Below, in pieces: positions 1 to 22,677 of a stretch of DNA of 64,000 bases. Origin of the DNA: Macrostomum lignano (Eukaryota). A program made the translations under genes and the position numbers. The notes beneath the pieces were generated by a model. That model did not search any database, was not told the origin of the DNA, and saw nothing but the letters and a program-made list of their open reading frames with translations. The stretch is from assembly GCA_002269645.1 (NCBI GenBank), contig NIVC01003009.1, positions 29,433 to 93,432 on the forward strand. Reading direction: 5' to 3'. How positions within the stretch are numbered: the stretch's first letter is position 1; every line of letters begins with the position of its first letter.

Positions 1-26
1 AGGATCGCCAAATCAAAACGGACTTT

Positions 27-3000
27 GAGAGGCGCCAAAACAGACCATGATTGAGGCGCCAGCTAGATTGTTGAGGCGCCAAAACAGATCATGATGGAGG
101 CGCCAAAACCGACCATGATTGTGGCGCCAAAACCGACCATGATGGAGGCGCCAAAACCGACCATGATTGTGGCGCCAAAACCGACCATGATGGAGGCGCC
201 AAAACAGACCATTATAGAGACTATTAAGGCGCCAAAACAGACCATGATAGGGGGGGGGAGGTTCACAAACTCGAAATTTCACTAGGTCGAAATTTCATAA
301 CGTCGAAAACTCAAATAGCAACCACTTTCACAATGTCGAAACTTCACAAGGTCGAAATTTCACAACATCGAAAACTACTGTATGGTTCTTGTTATATTAA
401 ATTTTCGACGTTGTGAAATTTCGAGCTAATGAAGTTTCGATTTTGTGAAAGTGGCTGCTACTTGAGTTTTCGATGTTATGAAATTTTGACCTAGTGAAAT
501 TTCGACTTTATGAAATCTCTTGCTAGAGTTTTCGGTGTTGTGAAATTTCGATCTTGTGAAATTTCGACCTTGTGAAATAATTTACTTTTCGACGTTGTGA
601 AATAATTTACTTTTCGACGTTGTGAAATTTCGACCTTGTGAAATAATTTACTTTTCGACGTTGTGAAATTTCGACCTTGTGGAAGTACCCGCATGATAGA
701 GACGCCAGCCAGATTATTGAGGCGCCAAAACAGACCATATGATGGAGGCGCCAAAACAGACCATATGATGGAGGCGCCAAAACAGACCATATGATGGAGG
801 CGCCAAAACAGACCATATGATGGAGGCGCCAAAACAGACCATATGATGGAGGCGCCAAAACAGACCATATGATGGAGGCGCCAAAACAGACCATATGATG
901 GAGGCGCCAAAACAGACCATATGATGGAGGCGCCAAAACAGACCATGATGGAGGCGCCAAAACAGACCATGATGGAGGCGCCAAAACAGACCATGATGGA
1001 GGCGCCAAAACAGACCATGATGGAGGCGCCAAAACAGACCATGATGGAGGCGCCGAAACAGACCATTATAGAGGCGCCAACTAGATTATTGAGGCGCCAA
1101 AACAGACCATGATGGAGGCGCCAAAACAGACCATGATGGAGGTGCCAAAACAGACCATTATAGAGACGCCAGCCAGATTATTGAGGCGCCAAAACAGACC
1201 ATATGATGGAGGCGCCAAAACAGACCATATGATGGAGGCGCCAAAACAGACCATATGATGGAGGCGCCAAAACAGACCATATGATGGAGGCGCCAAAACA
1301 GACCATGATGGAGGCGCCAAAACAGACCATGATGGAGGCGCCAAAACAGACCATGATGGAGGCGCCAAAACAGACCATGATGGAGGCGCCAAAACAGACC
1401 ATGATGGAGGTGCCAAAACAGACCATGATGGAGGCGCCGAAACAGACCATTATAGAGGCGCCAACTAGATTATTGAGGCGCCAAAACAGACCATGATGGA
1501 GGCGCCAAAACAGACCATGATGGAGGTGCCAAAACAGACCATTATAGAGACGCCAACTAGATTATTGAGGCGCCAAAACAGACCATGATGGAGGCGCCAA
1601 AACAGACCATGATGGAGGTGCCAAAACAGACCATTATAGAGACGCCAGCTAGATTATTGAGGCGCCAAAACAGACCATTATAGAGACGCCAGCTAGATTA
1701 TTGAGGCGCCAAAACAGACCATTATAGAGACGCCAAAACAGACCATGATGGAGGCGCCAAACAGACCATGATGGAGGCGCCAACTAGATTATTGAGGCGC
1801 CAAAACAGACCATGATGGAGGCGCCAAAACAGACCATGATGGAGGCGCCAAAACAGACCATTATAGAGGCGTCAAAACCAACCATGATGGAGGCGCCAAA
1901 ACAGACCATGATGGAGGCGCCAACTAGATTATTGAGGCGCCAAAACAGACCATGATGGAGGCGCCAAAACAGACCATTATAGAGGCGCCAACTAGATTAT
2001 TGAGGCGCCAAAACAGACCATGATGGAGGCGCCAAAACAGACCATTATAGAGGCGCCAACTAGATTATTGAGGCGCCAAAACAGACCATTATAGAGACGC
2101 CAAAACAGACCAATGATGGAGGCGCCAAAACAGACCATGATGGAGGCGCCAAAACAGACCATGATGGAGGCGCCAAAACAGACCATGATGCAGGCGCCAA
2201 AACAGACCATGATGCAGGCGCCAAAACAGACCATGATGGAGGCGCCAAAACAGACCATGATGCAGGCGCCAAAACAGACCATCATGATGGAGGCGCCAAA
2301 ACAGACCATATGATGGAGGCGCCAAAACAGACCATATGATGGAGGCGCCAAAACAGACCATATGATGGAGGCGCCAAAACAGACCATATGATGGAGGCGC
2401 CAAAACAGACCATGATGGAGGCGCCAAAACAGACCATGATGGAGGCGCCAAAACAGACCATGATGGAGGCGCCAAAACAGACCATGATGGAGGCGCCAAA
2501 ACAGACCATGATGGAGGCGCCGAAACAGACCATTATAGAGGCGCCAACTAGATTATTGAGGCGCCAAAACAGACCATGATGGAGGCGCCAAAACAGACCA
2601 TGATGGAGGTGCCAAAACAGACCATTATAGAGACGCCAGCCAGATTATTGAGGCGCCAAAACAGACCATATGATGGAGGCGCCAAAACAGACCATATGAT
2701 GGAGGCGCCAAAACAGACCATATGATGGAGGCGCCAAAACAGACCATATGATGGAGGCGCCAAAACAGACCATGATGGAGGCGCCAAAACAGACCATGAT
2801 GGAGGCGCCAAAACAGACCATGATGGAGGCGCCAAAACAGACCATGATGGAGGCGCCAAAACAGACCATGATGGAGGTGCCAAAACAGACCATGATGGAG
2901 GCGCCGAAACAGACCATTATAGAGGCGCCAACTAGATTATTGAGGCGCCAAAACAGACCATGATGGAGGCGCCAAAACAGACCATGATGGAGGTGCCAAA

Positions 3001-3905
3001 ACAGACCATTATAGAGACGCCAACTAGATTATTGAGGCGCCAAAACAGACCATGATGGAGGCGCCAAAACAGACCATGATGGAGGTGCCAAAACAGACCA
3101 TTATAGAGACGCCAGCTAGATTATTGAGGCGCCAAAACAGACCATTATAGAGACGCCAGCTAGATTATTGAGGCGCCAAAACAGACCATTATAGAGACGC
3201 CAAAACAGACCATGATGGAGGCGCCAAACAGACCATGATGGAGGCGCCAACTAGATTATTGAGGCGCCAAAACAGACCATGATGGAGGCGCCAAAACAGA
3301 CCATGATGGAGGCGCCAAAACAGACCATTATAGAGGCGTCAAAACCAACCATGATGGAGGCGCCAAAACAGACCATGATGGAGGCGCCAACTAGATTATT
3401 GAGGCGCCAAAACAGACCATGATGGAGGCGCCAAAACAGACCATTATAGAGGCGCCAACTAGATTATTGAGGCGCCAAAACAGACCATGATGGAGGCGCC
3501 AAAACAGACCATTATAGAGGCGCCAACTAGATTATTGAGGCGCCAAAACAGACCATTATAGAGACGCCAAAACAGACCAATGATGGAGGCGCCAAAACAG
3601 ACCATGATGGAGGCGCCAAAACAGACCATGATGGAGGCGCCAAAACAGACCATGATGCAGGCGCCAAAACAGACCATGATGCAGGCGCCAAAACAGACCA
3701 TGATGGAGGCGCCAAAACAGACCATGATGCAGGCGCCAAAACAGACCATCATGATGGAGGCGCCAAAACAGACCATGATGCAGGCGCCAAAACAGACCAT
3801 CATGATGGAGGCGCCAAAACAGACCATGATAGAGGCGCCAAAACAGACCATGATTGAGGCGCCAAAACAGACCATGATTGAGGCGCCAGCTAGAATATTG
3901 AGGCG
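27..3905. repeat. 24-bp minisatellite (ggcgccaaaacagaccatgatgga and variants), interrupted by a foldback element at 251-691, with a ~1467-bp higher-order duplication
   Basis: Unit read directly; the MMEAPKQT 8-aa periodicity in the ORF track equals 24 bp; identical ORF blocks are offset by 1467 (921/2388, 1281/2748, 1992/3459). Confidence 0.95.
251..691. mobile_element. Non-autonomous foldback-type DNA element with internally repetitive inverted arms
   Basis: Arms 271-374 and 402-505 are reverse complements (104 bp, about 90% identical by eye); tcgaaatttcac subrepeats continue to ~685; CATGATAG occurs at 243-250 and 692-699 (candidate 8-bp TSD). Confidence 0.7.
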
Positions 3906-5003
3906 CAAAAAATGAAATGTCATGTTTTCCAGAAACTTTAGTAACACACTGTGCACAAAATACAATACAATAAATGGTCAGAACATACAAGAAATTTTAT
4001 AAAGCATCATCCGTCTAAGCACATTAGAAAAAAACCTGCTCAAATCCCACGCACACAGATGATGGAGATTTCTTCCATTCCATGCATGCAGCCAACGGTC
4101 GATAGTTGGGATGGGGATATTGTCAATGCGCGCATGCCGCTGCAGGTCTCAGGATTGAATAGGGGGGGATGACTGACTCTTCGAAGAGGACGCATATGGT
4201 TGGCATTGTTAAGCTGCAGGATTCAGAACAGTTATATAGTTAAAGCCCCAAGGAGTCTTCACTATTCAACAGCATGCGGTGTATAGGATGCCACTTGCCA
4301 CGCTAGACGGCTTATTGTGCACCGAGTTAAGGGAAGACTCAATCTTAACAACAGGTGTGAAATCTGCCCGGCATTGTATGGCTATGCCATGTTGCATTGT
4401 GATGATGGAACTTTTTTGGACAGTATAGCAGAGAGGAGACAACTCAATTCATTGTCAGCTAATTGCTTGCTGCTTGCAAAGAAGAGAATTGGATTTGTCT
4501 TGAGCTGCTGCTTACCATGGCTTGAATAGAATTCCGCATGCATGTGTAGCATAGAACTGCTTCTGCTGCTGCTGCTAGGCCAACTGTATTAGCGGGGAGC
4601 GAAAGCATTGCTTGCTTGAGGATTCACTTTGCTTTGCACTGGGCCGTTCACTCATATACGGTATACGGTGGCTGCTACACCTCTATGCTTTACAAGAAAA
4701 TAGAAGCAATTCTTGCTGGTCTGCAACAAGGGGGGGTTGAAGCGACCGCATGTGTGAGCAGAGCTCATGCCATGCGGTTATGCTTCATCGATTCTGCTCT
4801 TGCAGCACCGCGGCATGCGGGTGCAGTCGCATATGGTCTGGCATAAGATTGTGTGAGGCTAACTCGCTGCATGCGGCATGCAGACTTGCTGAATTTAAGC
4901 CTGCCTTGCTAATCACTAATCTTGTGGAACTCTTAAGAGTCTCAGTCCTAAATTCTCCCCTTTGTTTTTCCTTCTCTCAGCAAGTTGGCTCAATCAGCTG
5001 ACT

Positions 5004-6360
5004 CTCACACTCTCACCCATGTCTCACTCATCTCTGGCCCACTCACCCATGTCTCACTCATCTCTGGCCTTCTCACCCATGTCTCACTCATCTCTGGCCC
5101 TCTCACTCTCACCCATGTCTCACTCATCTCTGGCCCTCTCACTCTCACCCATGTCTCACTCATCTCTGGCCCACTCACCCATGTCTCACTCATCTCTGGC
5201 CCTCTCACTCTCACCCATGTCTCACTCATCTCTGGCCCTCTCACTCTCACCCATGTCTCACTCATCTCTGGCCCACTCACCCATGTCTCACTCATCTCTG
5301 GCCCTCTCACTCTCACTCATGTCTCACTCATCTCTGGCCCTCTCACTCTCACCCATGTCTCACTCATCTCTGGCCCACTCACCCATGTCTCACTCATCTC
5401 TGACCCTCTCACTCTCACCCATGTCTCACTCATCTCTGGCCCTCTCACTCTCACCCATGTCTCACTCATCTCTGGCCCTCTCACTCTCACCCATGTCTCA
5501 CTCATCTCTGACCCTCTCACTCTCACCCATGTCTCACTCATCTCTGGCCCTCTCACTCTCACCCATGTCTCACTCATCTCTGGCCCTCTCACTCTCACCC
5601 ATGTCTCACTCATCTCTGGCCCTCTCACTCTCACCCATGTCTCACTCATCTCTGGCCCACTCACCCATGTCTCACTCATCTCTGGCCCTCTCACTCTCAC
5701 CCATGTCTCACTCATCTCTGGCCCTCTCACTCTCACCCATGTCTCACTCATCTCTGGCCCACTCACCCATGTCTCACTCATCTCTGACCCTCTCACTCTC
5801 ACCCATGTCTCACTCATCTCTGGCCCTCTCACTCTCACCCATGTCTCACTCATCTCTGGCCCTCTCACTCTCACCCATGTCTCACTCATCTCTGGCCCTC
5901 TCACTCTCACCCATGCCTCACTCATCTCTGACCCTCTCACTCTCACCCATGTCTCACTCATCTCTGACCCTCTCACTCTCACCCATGTCTCACTCATCTC
6001 TGGCCCTCTCACTCTCACCCAATGTCTCACTCATTTCTGACCCTCTCACTCCCACCCATGTCTCACTCATCTCTGACCCTCTCACTCTCACCCAATGTCT
6101 CACTCATTTCTGACCCTCTCACTCCCACCCATGTCTCACTCATCTCTGGCCCTCTCACTCTCACCCATGTCTCACTCATCTGACCCTCTCACTCTCACCC
6201 ATGTCTCACTCATCTCTGGCCCTCTCACCAATGTCTCACTCATCTCTGGCCCTCTCACCAATGTCTCACTCATTTCTGACCCTCTCACTCTCACCCATGT
6301 CTCACTCATTTCTGACCCTCTCACTCCCACCCAATGTCTCACTCATCTCTGACCCTCTCA
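5004..6360. repeat. 36/30-bp pyrimidine-rich minisatellite (ctcacccatgtctcactcatctctggccctctcact)
   Basis: Direct reading; 12-aa periodic ORFs on several frames. Confidence 0.95.
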
Positions 6361-7739
6361 CAGCTAAAAGTATAGTTCAATCAATATATATACAATTATT
6401 CACTCATGCAAGCACATATCCACACCTGCATTAAAATGAATAAAATCTTCTCACATCAATTCTTGCATTTAGCAAACTTTCTATCGAGCCCCATGCTATA
6501 TGCTGAGTATATATAGACAATCAATATTACTCGTTATACCACCTGCATGATAAATTTAGGCAGCTTGTCATGCAGGCAGGCAAACTTTTATCATTCAAAT
6601 ATAAAAAAATATGAAAAGAAGAAACATTTTAAGATGTGCATCAAAGTCGAGACAGAACGAAACAATCCCGGCGGGCGGTCTAAGCAGCGCGTGCGCGGGG
6701 AAAGTGGCATGATGGTTGCCTTAGCAAATCATTGCATCGAGTATGCGGGCATATTCATAATAGTTAATAAGCCATATATATATATATATAATACACACAG
6801 CGAATTGGGTGAAGAGTTTGAAGAGTGAATGGAGGAATCTTTTATATTCCAGATTTAAAAAAAGAAAGTGGTTTTGCTGCTTTGCGCGGGTGAGGGGTGG
6901 GTGTTAAGCGAGAGACTCTACAGCTCCGTCTCGGAAAGCTGGGAAGGTATGCAGCTCAATTGAGGAGAAGAATGACAGAAACAGAGGGCTGGGGGTGGGG
7001 GTCAAACAAAAAATTAGGCTTCTCAATTGAGACTTCCTCTTCCCTTGCATCCTGAAGCTTATTGTGTGAAAATCCCATGCAGCTACTCCCTCTAAACTCC
7101 TCCCCTTCCATGCCTTTGGTCCCGCCTCAGTGCAGCCGAGACTGTTTTGCAAAGCGAGAGTTTTTTAAAATAGAAAACACCTATTACCTTCCTCTTTACC
7201 TGTCAGGCAGACCCTCCATCATCGTTGGGTCATATTTTGATACGCAAAAACTGAAAACAGACAGATCAGCAGGCCTGAATGTTTCTCTATACTCCCATCT
7301 CAAATTTCTTCTCTCCATTCTTTCATATTTTCACCTGTCATCTCCCAACTCATCTCTCATCTCAACTATCCTCTCATCTCCCTTCTCCTCTCTCCTTTCC
7401 TCTCTCATCAGGCCCGCCCGCTCACGCGGCCATGAGCTGGCCCTTAAGGTAAAAAAGTTTGTGGACACCCCTGGCCCTGTTCTAGAGTTTCATGATTGAT
7501 GTACAGTTATCATAGGCTACTGGATAACATACATTGCAACTGTGGGGTATTGATGATTCCGCTGATAACGATTACGATTTGAAACAGATGGTGGTGGCAG
7601 GCGAGAACGCATCTCGGGGGGGCGGCTAAAAAATAAAGGAGAAATAAAGAAATCCACTTGCGGTAGGGGGGGGGGCTGATTTAGCGGGCCGCCTCAGCAT
7701 AGACAGTGGGGGTGGATTTGGTTAGACTGCTAAAATTGC

Positions 7740-7870
7740 GTGTGGTTCGCGGCCAGCCAATCAGAGCCCGCCTGGGCCCGCATTGGTCCCGCTGATATCT
7801 GTGGTGGGGGTGTTGACGCGGGGGGGGGGTTGCGGCCCCCCAACCCGTGCAGTCAGTTCAGTCAGTTTTT
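7740..7870 (+). promoter_or_regulatory. Probable ovo core promoter (CCAAT boxes, GC box, TCAGT initiator-like motifs)
   Basis: CCAAT 7757-7761, ATTGG 7782-7786, GC-rich context, TCAGTT at 7853 and 7862, followed by an ATG-free stretch that ends at a strong donor. Confidence 0.5.
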
Positions 7871-8108
7871 AAATTGAAATAGCGAAGACCGCAGCCAGAC
7901 AACGACAGCACGACAGACGCCCCGCAGCCAACGCCTCAGCAGCTTCTCAAGCAGAGTATTCAAAACTGTTTTTATAGCGCTCGGCCCTCTCACCAAGTTT
8001 CAATTTTTGCCGAGATATCTGGATAATTGAAAAAGCAAAACGACTTTTTATTGATTGTCTCACTAGATAATAATTAGTATTGTGTAATTAGTTGCCAAGG
8101 CAGTCAAG
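7853..8108 (+). other. Putative non-coding first exon (5' UTR) of ovo
   Basis: Ends AAG|GTAAGT (GT 8109-8110); contains no ATG; a suitable acceptor is ctcgcctgcAG|gcATG at 9837-9841. Confidence 0.55.
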
Positions 8109-9069
8109 GTAAGTTTTCTATCTGTCTCAAAATTATTTTCTTATCTCATTGTTACATTGAATTTGAAGTTATAAAGGTATTCTGCTGTTTCTTTGTTGTT
8201 GCGTCATAACTCATAATAGGCCCTAAAACTCAATAGTCAGAGATTTTAGTTTTTTATTACAACTAAGTTGCTTCCAATGCGTTTCCTTTTTTGTTATAAA
8301 CAACAACTCGGTTCCTAGTACATATGAGGAGACAAACAAAATTAATAATATGTGTATTCCGAGTTTGTTGAGTAACTATGGCCCTATACTTAGTTAAGCA
8401 AAATGTATATCGATAACAATCTAAGCTAAATACTCGAGTATTTATGTTATTTACTACTATTTAGCTCGAGTATAGTTAGCCATCCTCCGCATTCGAAAAG
8501 TGAGGAAGTCACCGAGTCAAAGACCTCAGGCTCAGCCCATGCCAAGGGCAATAAAAGCCTATTTGACAAGTTTGGTTTTTAAAAATCACCTTCAGGGTAT
8601 ATCGAGAACGCAATGGGAGAGCATTTAAGACCTTAAGAATTTTTTGAGGAGGGTCAAGATCGGTCAGTTCGGTAGATACTCTTTTTTAGCTTAACGGTTG
8701 CGCAATTAGCCTATCTAGCCGCCATAGCAACTGTTGCTATCTATCAGATAAAGCTTCTAAGAGTTCCAGCTCCTAATCTCAGGTCACCTGATCCGACCCT
8801 CAGGCGGCAAAGTTGATTAAATTCATATATTAGCACAACAGTTCTACTCAACATACTGTAGTTTCCATATGCATCTGGTCGAGGTTGTCTATGAAACTGA
8901 TGCAACACTCTTACGAGTATATCACCTTGGATATTCACTGCCCAAGAGGGTCAAGGGCGACCCCCCCCCCCCGAGAAAGTGTCATGACCCTCCGGGAAAC
9001 TGAACAAATTTTCTGTTTGCCCTTCGAAGTTATATTGCTTAAAAGTATCTCAAGCTTGGAGCTTGAACT

Positions 9070-9500
9070 CACTGGCGGTCCAGGGGGGTCAAGGTGGCGG
9101 ATTCAAGGGGTCAAGGTGGAGGATCCAGGGGGTCAAGGTGGCGGATCCAGGGGGTCAAGGTTGAGGATCCAGGGGGGTCAAGGTTGAGGATCCAAGGGGT
9201 CAAGGTGGAGAATCTAAGGGGTCAAGGTGGAGGATCCAGGGGGTCAAGGTGGCGGATCCACGGGGTCAAGGTGGGGGATCCAAGGGGTCAAGGTGGAGGA
9301 TCCAGGGGGTCAAGGTGGCGGATTCAAGGGGTCAAAATGGAGGATCCAGGGGGTCAAGGCGGCGGATTCAGGAGGTCAAGGTGGCGGATCCAGGGGGTCA
9401 AGGTGGAGGATCCAGGGGGTCAAGGTGGCGGATCCAGGGGGTCTAGGAGGTCGGACGACCCCCTCTCTCTGAAAAAATGCTGGATTCGTCATGCACTGTG
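9070..9500. repeat. ~22-bp minisatellite (ggcggatccagggggtcaaggt), possibly an amplified MITE terminus
   Basis: Direct reading; the distal ctggattcgtc (~9480) is a loose reverse complement of ggcggatccag. Confidence 0.8.
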
Positions 9501-9840
9501 GGTATTATTTGGCTCGTATGCACGTGTATCGAGCATGCAGTTTTCTGCCTGCTGCCAATGCATGCTTGATACATACTTATTTGCCTAAGTCATTTCGGTT
9601 GCCAAGGTGACAGTGAAAACAAATCCACTGCATTCTGTAACGGCTTCTTGCACCTCTATATTATTCAGCCTTCATGGCTTTCATATCTGCACAGCAATAT
9701 GTATGAAGACTTCCTCTCTGCAAACATGCCATCAGATACTCGTAGATATGGTCAGCTCAAACAGTTTCTTTTATGTAGCTCTAGAGCAAATATTATCTCC
9801 ACTGAGCTGAGTGCATGCAGCTCGCTTCTCGCCTGCAGGC

Positions 9841-19356
<9,516 letters not shown>

Positions 19357-19607
19357 CTTTGTTTGTTAGTTTCTTTTTTATCCTCCCCTTGTGTCTTTGT
19401 TGTGTCTTTGTGTCTTTGTCTTTGTTGGCAAGGTGCGACGGCTTTGTGCTGAGGGTAAGAGTAGGAGTTGTTTGTTATATCCCTTCCCCATGAATCTCCA
19501 ATCTGCACGCGTCATGTGGACAATCTCGCTATAAATGCAACTTCATTCGATTGCGTGCGTCCGCGAACTGGCTGCGGTTTGGTTGAGAAACTGGATGAGT
19601 CAAGCAC

Positions 19608-20950
19608 GATGCAGACATGATTCTGACATGATGCACGCATGATTCTGACATGATGCACGCATGATTCTGACATGATGCACACATGATTCTGACATGATGC
19701 ACACATGATTCTGACATGATGCACACATGATTCTGACATGATGCACACATGATTCTGACATGATGCACGCATGATTCTGACATGATGCACACATGATTCT
19801 GACATGATGCACACATGATTCTGACATGATGCACACATGATTCTGACATGATGCACGCATGATTCTGACATGATGCACACATGATTCTGACATGATGCAC
19901 GCATGATTCTGACATGATGCACACGATTCTGACATGATGCACACATGATTCTGACATGATGCACGCATGATTCTGACATGATCCACGCATGATTCTGACA
20001 TGATGCACACATGATTCTGACATGATGCACACATGATTCTGACATGATGCACACATGATTCTGACATGATGCACGCATGATTCTGACATGATGCACACAA
20101 GATTCTGACATGATGCACACATGATTCTGACATGATTCTGACATGATGCACGCATGATTCTGACATGATGCACACATGATTCTGACATGATGCACACATG
20201 ATTCTGACATGATGCACACATGATTCTGACATGATGCACGCATGATTCTGACATGATGCACACATGATTCTGACATGATGCACACATGATTCTGACATGA
20301 TGCACGCATGATTCTGACATGATGCACGCATGATTCTGACATGATTCTGACATGATGCACGCATGATTCTGACATGATGCACACATGATTCTGACATGAT
20401 GCACACATGATTCTGACATGATGCACACATGATTCTGACATGATGCACGCATGATTCTGACATGATGCACACATGATTCTGACATGATGCACACATGATT
20501 CTGACATGATGCACACATGATTCTGACATGATTCTGACATGATGCACGCATGATTCTGACATGATGCACACATGATTCTGACATGATGCACACATGATTC
20601 TGACATGATTCTGACATGATGCACACATGATTCTGACATGATGCACACATGATTCTGACATGATGCACGCATGATTCTGACATGATGCACACATGATTCT
20701 GACATGATGCACACATGATTCTGACATGATGCACACATGATTCTGACATGATTCTGACATGATGCACGCATGATTCTGACATGATGCACACATGATTCTG
20801 ACATGATGCACACATGATTCTGACATGATTCTGACATGATGCACGCATGATTCTGACATGATGCACACATGATTCTGACATGATGCACGCATGATTCTGA
20901 CATGATTCTGACATGATGCACGCATGATTCTGACATAATGCTGACATGAT
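19608..20950. repeat. 22-bp minisatellite (gattctgacatgatgcacrcat) downstream of the ovo stop
   Basis: Direct reading. Confidence 0.95.
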
Positions 20951-21579
20951 GCAGATATGCTGCAGACATGCTTCTGACGTTATGCTAAAACGATTCTGAC
21001 ATGAGGCAGACATGATACAGACATGATGCACACATGATTCTGACATACGCAGACATGATGCGCTCATGATGTAGACGTAGACTCAGATGTAAGCCTCTAT
21101 ATCTGTCTTGCTCAGCTATTTGTTGTTTGGGCTGTTCCCAATATTTCCTCTTTGTTTTTCCCGGCAATTTTTTATTTCAATCAGATTTGTTTTCAGCTCT
21201 TTAGCGGCAACTGACATTATTTGCTAGATTTGTTATTCACGTCAGACTGACCGCTTCTGAAATTTGTTGCTTTGCTCGTTTCTGCGCTTTGATATTGGAT
21301 CATTTTTTTCAACAATTTGTGACGACTTTGGACCTTATTAATAATATTCCATTTACAATTTAACTAACTACGCCTGCCCACTTTGTACTTCTTGGCGTTG
21401 ACCTCGCACTGACACCAGCTCAGCTCCCGCACCTGTTATTCTTGCAGTGCAATCTAATCATATTTAAAAAATCAACCCATTCTTTGCATGCGATATTCTC
21501 CAAGTAAAAATATCGATTACCGCTTCATGGTTGAGTGTCTTGTATGCACTTGCCTTTGCTCTGCCTTCCTACTCCCAGC

Positions 21580-22235
21580 TAAACCCTCTATCTACTCCCC
21601 AATCACCCCTCTATCTACTCCCCAGTCACCCCTCTATCTACTCCCCAGTCACACCTCTATCTACTCCCCAATCACCCCTCTATCTACTCCCCAGTCACAC
21701 CTCTTTCTACTCCCCAGTCACCCCTCTATCTACTCCCCAGTCACACCTCTATCTACTCCCCAATCACCCCTCTATCTACTCCCCAGTCACACCTCTATCT
21801 ACTCCCCAAACACCCCTCTATCTACTCCCCAGTCATCCCTCTATCTACTCCCCAGTCACCCCTCTATCTACTCCCCAGTCACCCCTCTATCTACTCCCCA
21901 GTCACCTCTCTATCTACTCCCCAATCACCCCTCTATCTACTCCCCAGTCACCCCTCTATCTACTCCCCAGTCACCCCTCTATCTACTCCCCAGTCACCCC
22001 ACTATCTACTCTCCACTCACCCCTCTATCTACTCCCCAGTCACCCCACTATCTACTCCTCACTCACCCCTCTATCTACTCCCCAGTCACCCCACTATCTA
22101 CTCTCCACTCACCCCTCTATCTACTTCCCAGTCACCCCTCTATCTACTCCTCACTCACCCCTCTATCTACTCCTCACTCACCCCTCTATCTACTCCTCAC
22201 TCACCCCTCTATCTACTCCTCACTCACCCCTCTAT
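21580..22235. repeat. 23-bp minisatellite (tcacccctctatctactccccag)
   Basis: Direct reading. Confidence 0.95.
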
Positions 22236-22677
22236 CGACCCCCTTCAGACCCTGCACTTGCGCATGTCAGCCGCACCCCAGCCTTGTACCAATGCTAAGT
22301 TGTAAATCTGTCACTCAGTCGCGGCACTTGCTGTGTACCAATCTAGTGCGCTAACCCTGTCATTAACTAAAGTGCATGCCACTCTGCACAAGCAATGCTA
22401 ATTACTATAAATTTATCTAATCTATGAAATTAATTATACGAGTTACTATTTATTTGAGCCTGCTAAATATTATTATTAAATACTATACACGCTCTCTTCG
22501 GACAATTTTATTCTGAGCACTTGAAATTCTGATTTATTGATTGTGTCTTTTAATTCCTTAATTGCTGCTGCTTATAATTTCAAGTCAGTAGCATCGTTAG
22601 CACCTGGGCACATCAGCTCAGCGCCGCGACCCACGACCCGCGATTCACAGCCATGATGGCCAACCAAGCACCAAGGC

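Noticed and set aside
1-3990. MMEAPKQT and MVCFGASI repeat proteins
   Set aside because: Frames are broken every few units by 25/26-bp variants; pure satellite.
7400-7473. hAT-like terminus (aaagtttgtggacacccctg)
   Set aside because: Single short end without a partner TIR or TSD; too little to annotate.
8692-8698. Ovo autoregulatory sites (TAACGGT at 8692 and 14228)
   Set aside because: A 7-mer is expected about once per 8 kb on two strands; no clustering.
19512-21067. Cys/His-rich 440-510 aa ORFs resembling metal-binding proteins
   Set aside because: A 22-bp unit read through rotating frames; not a protein.
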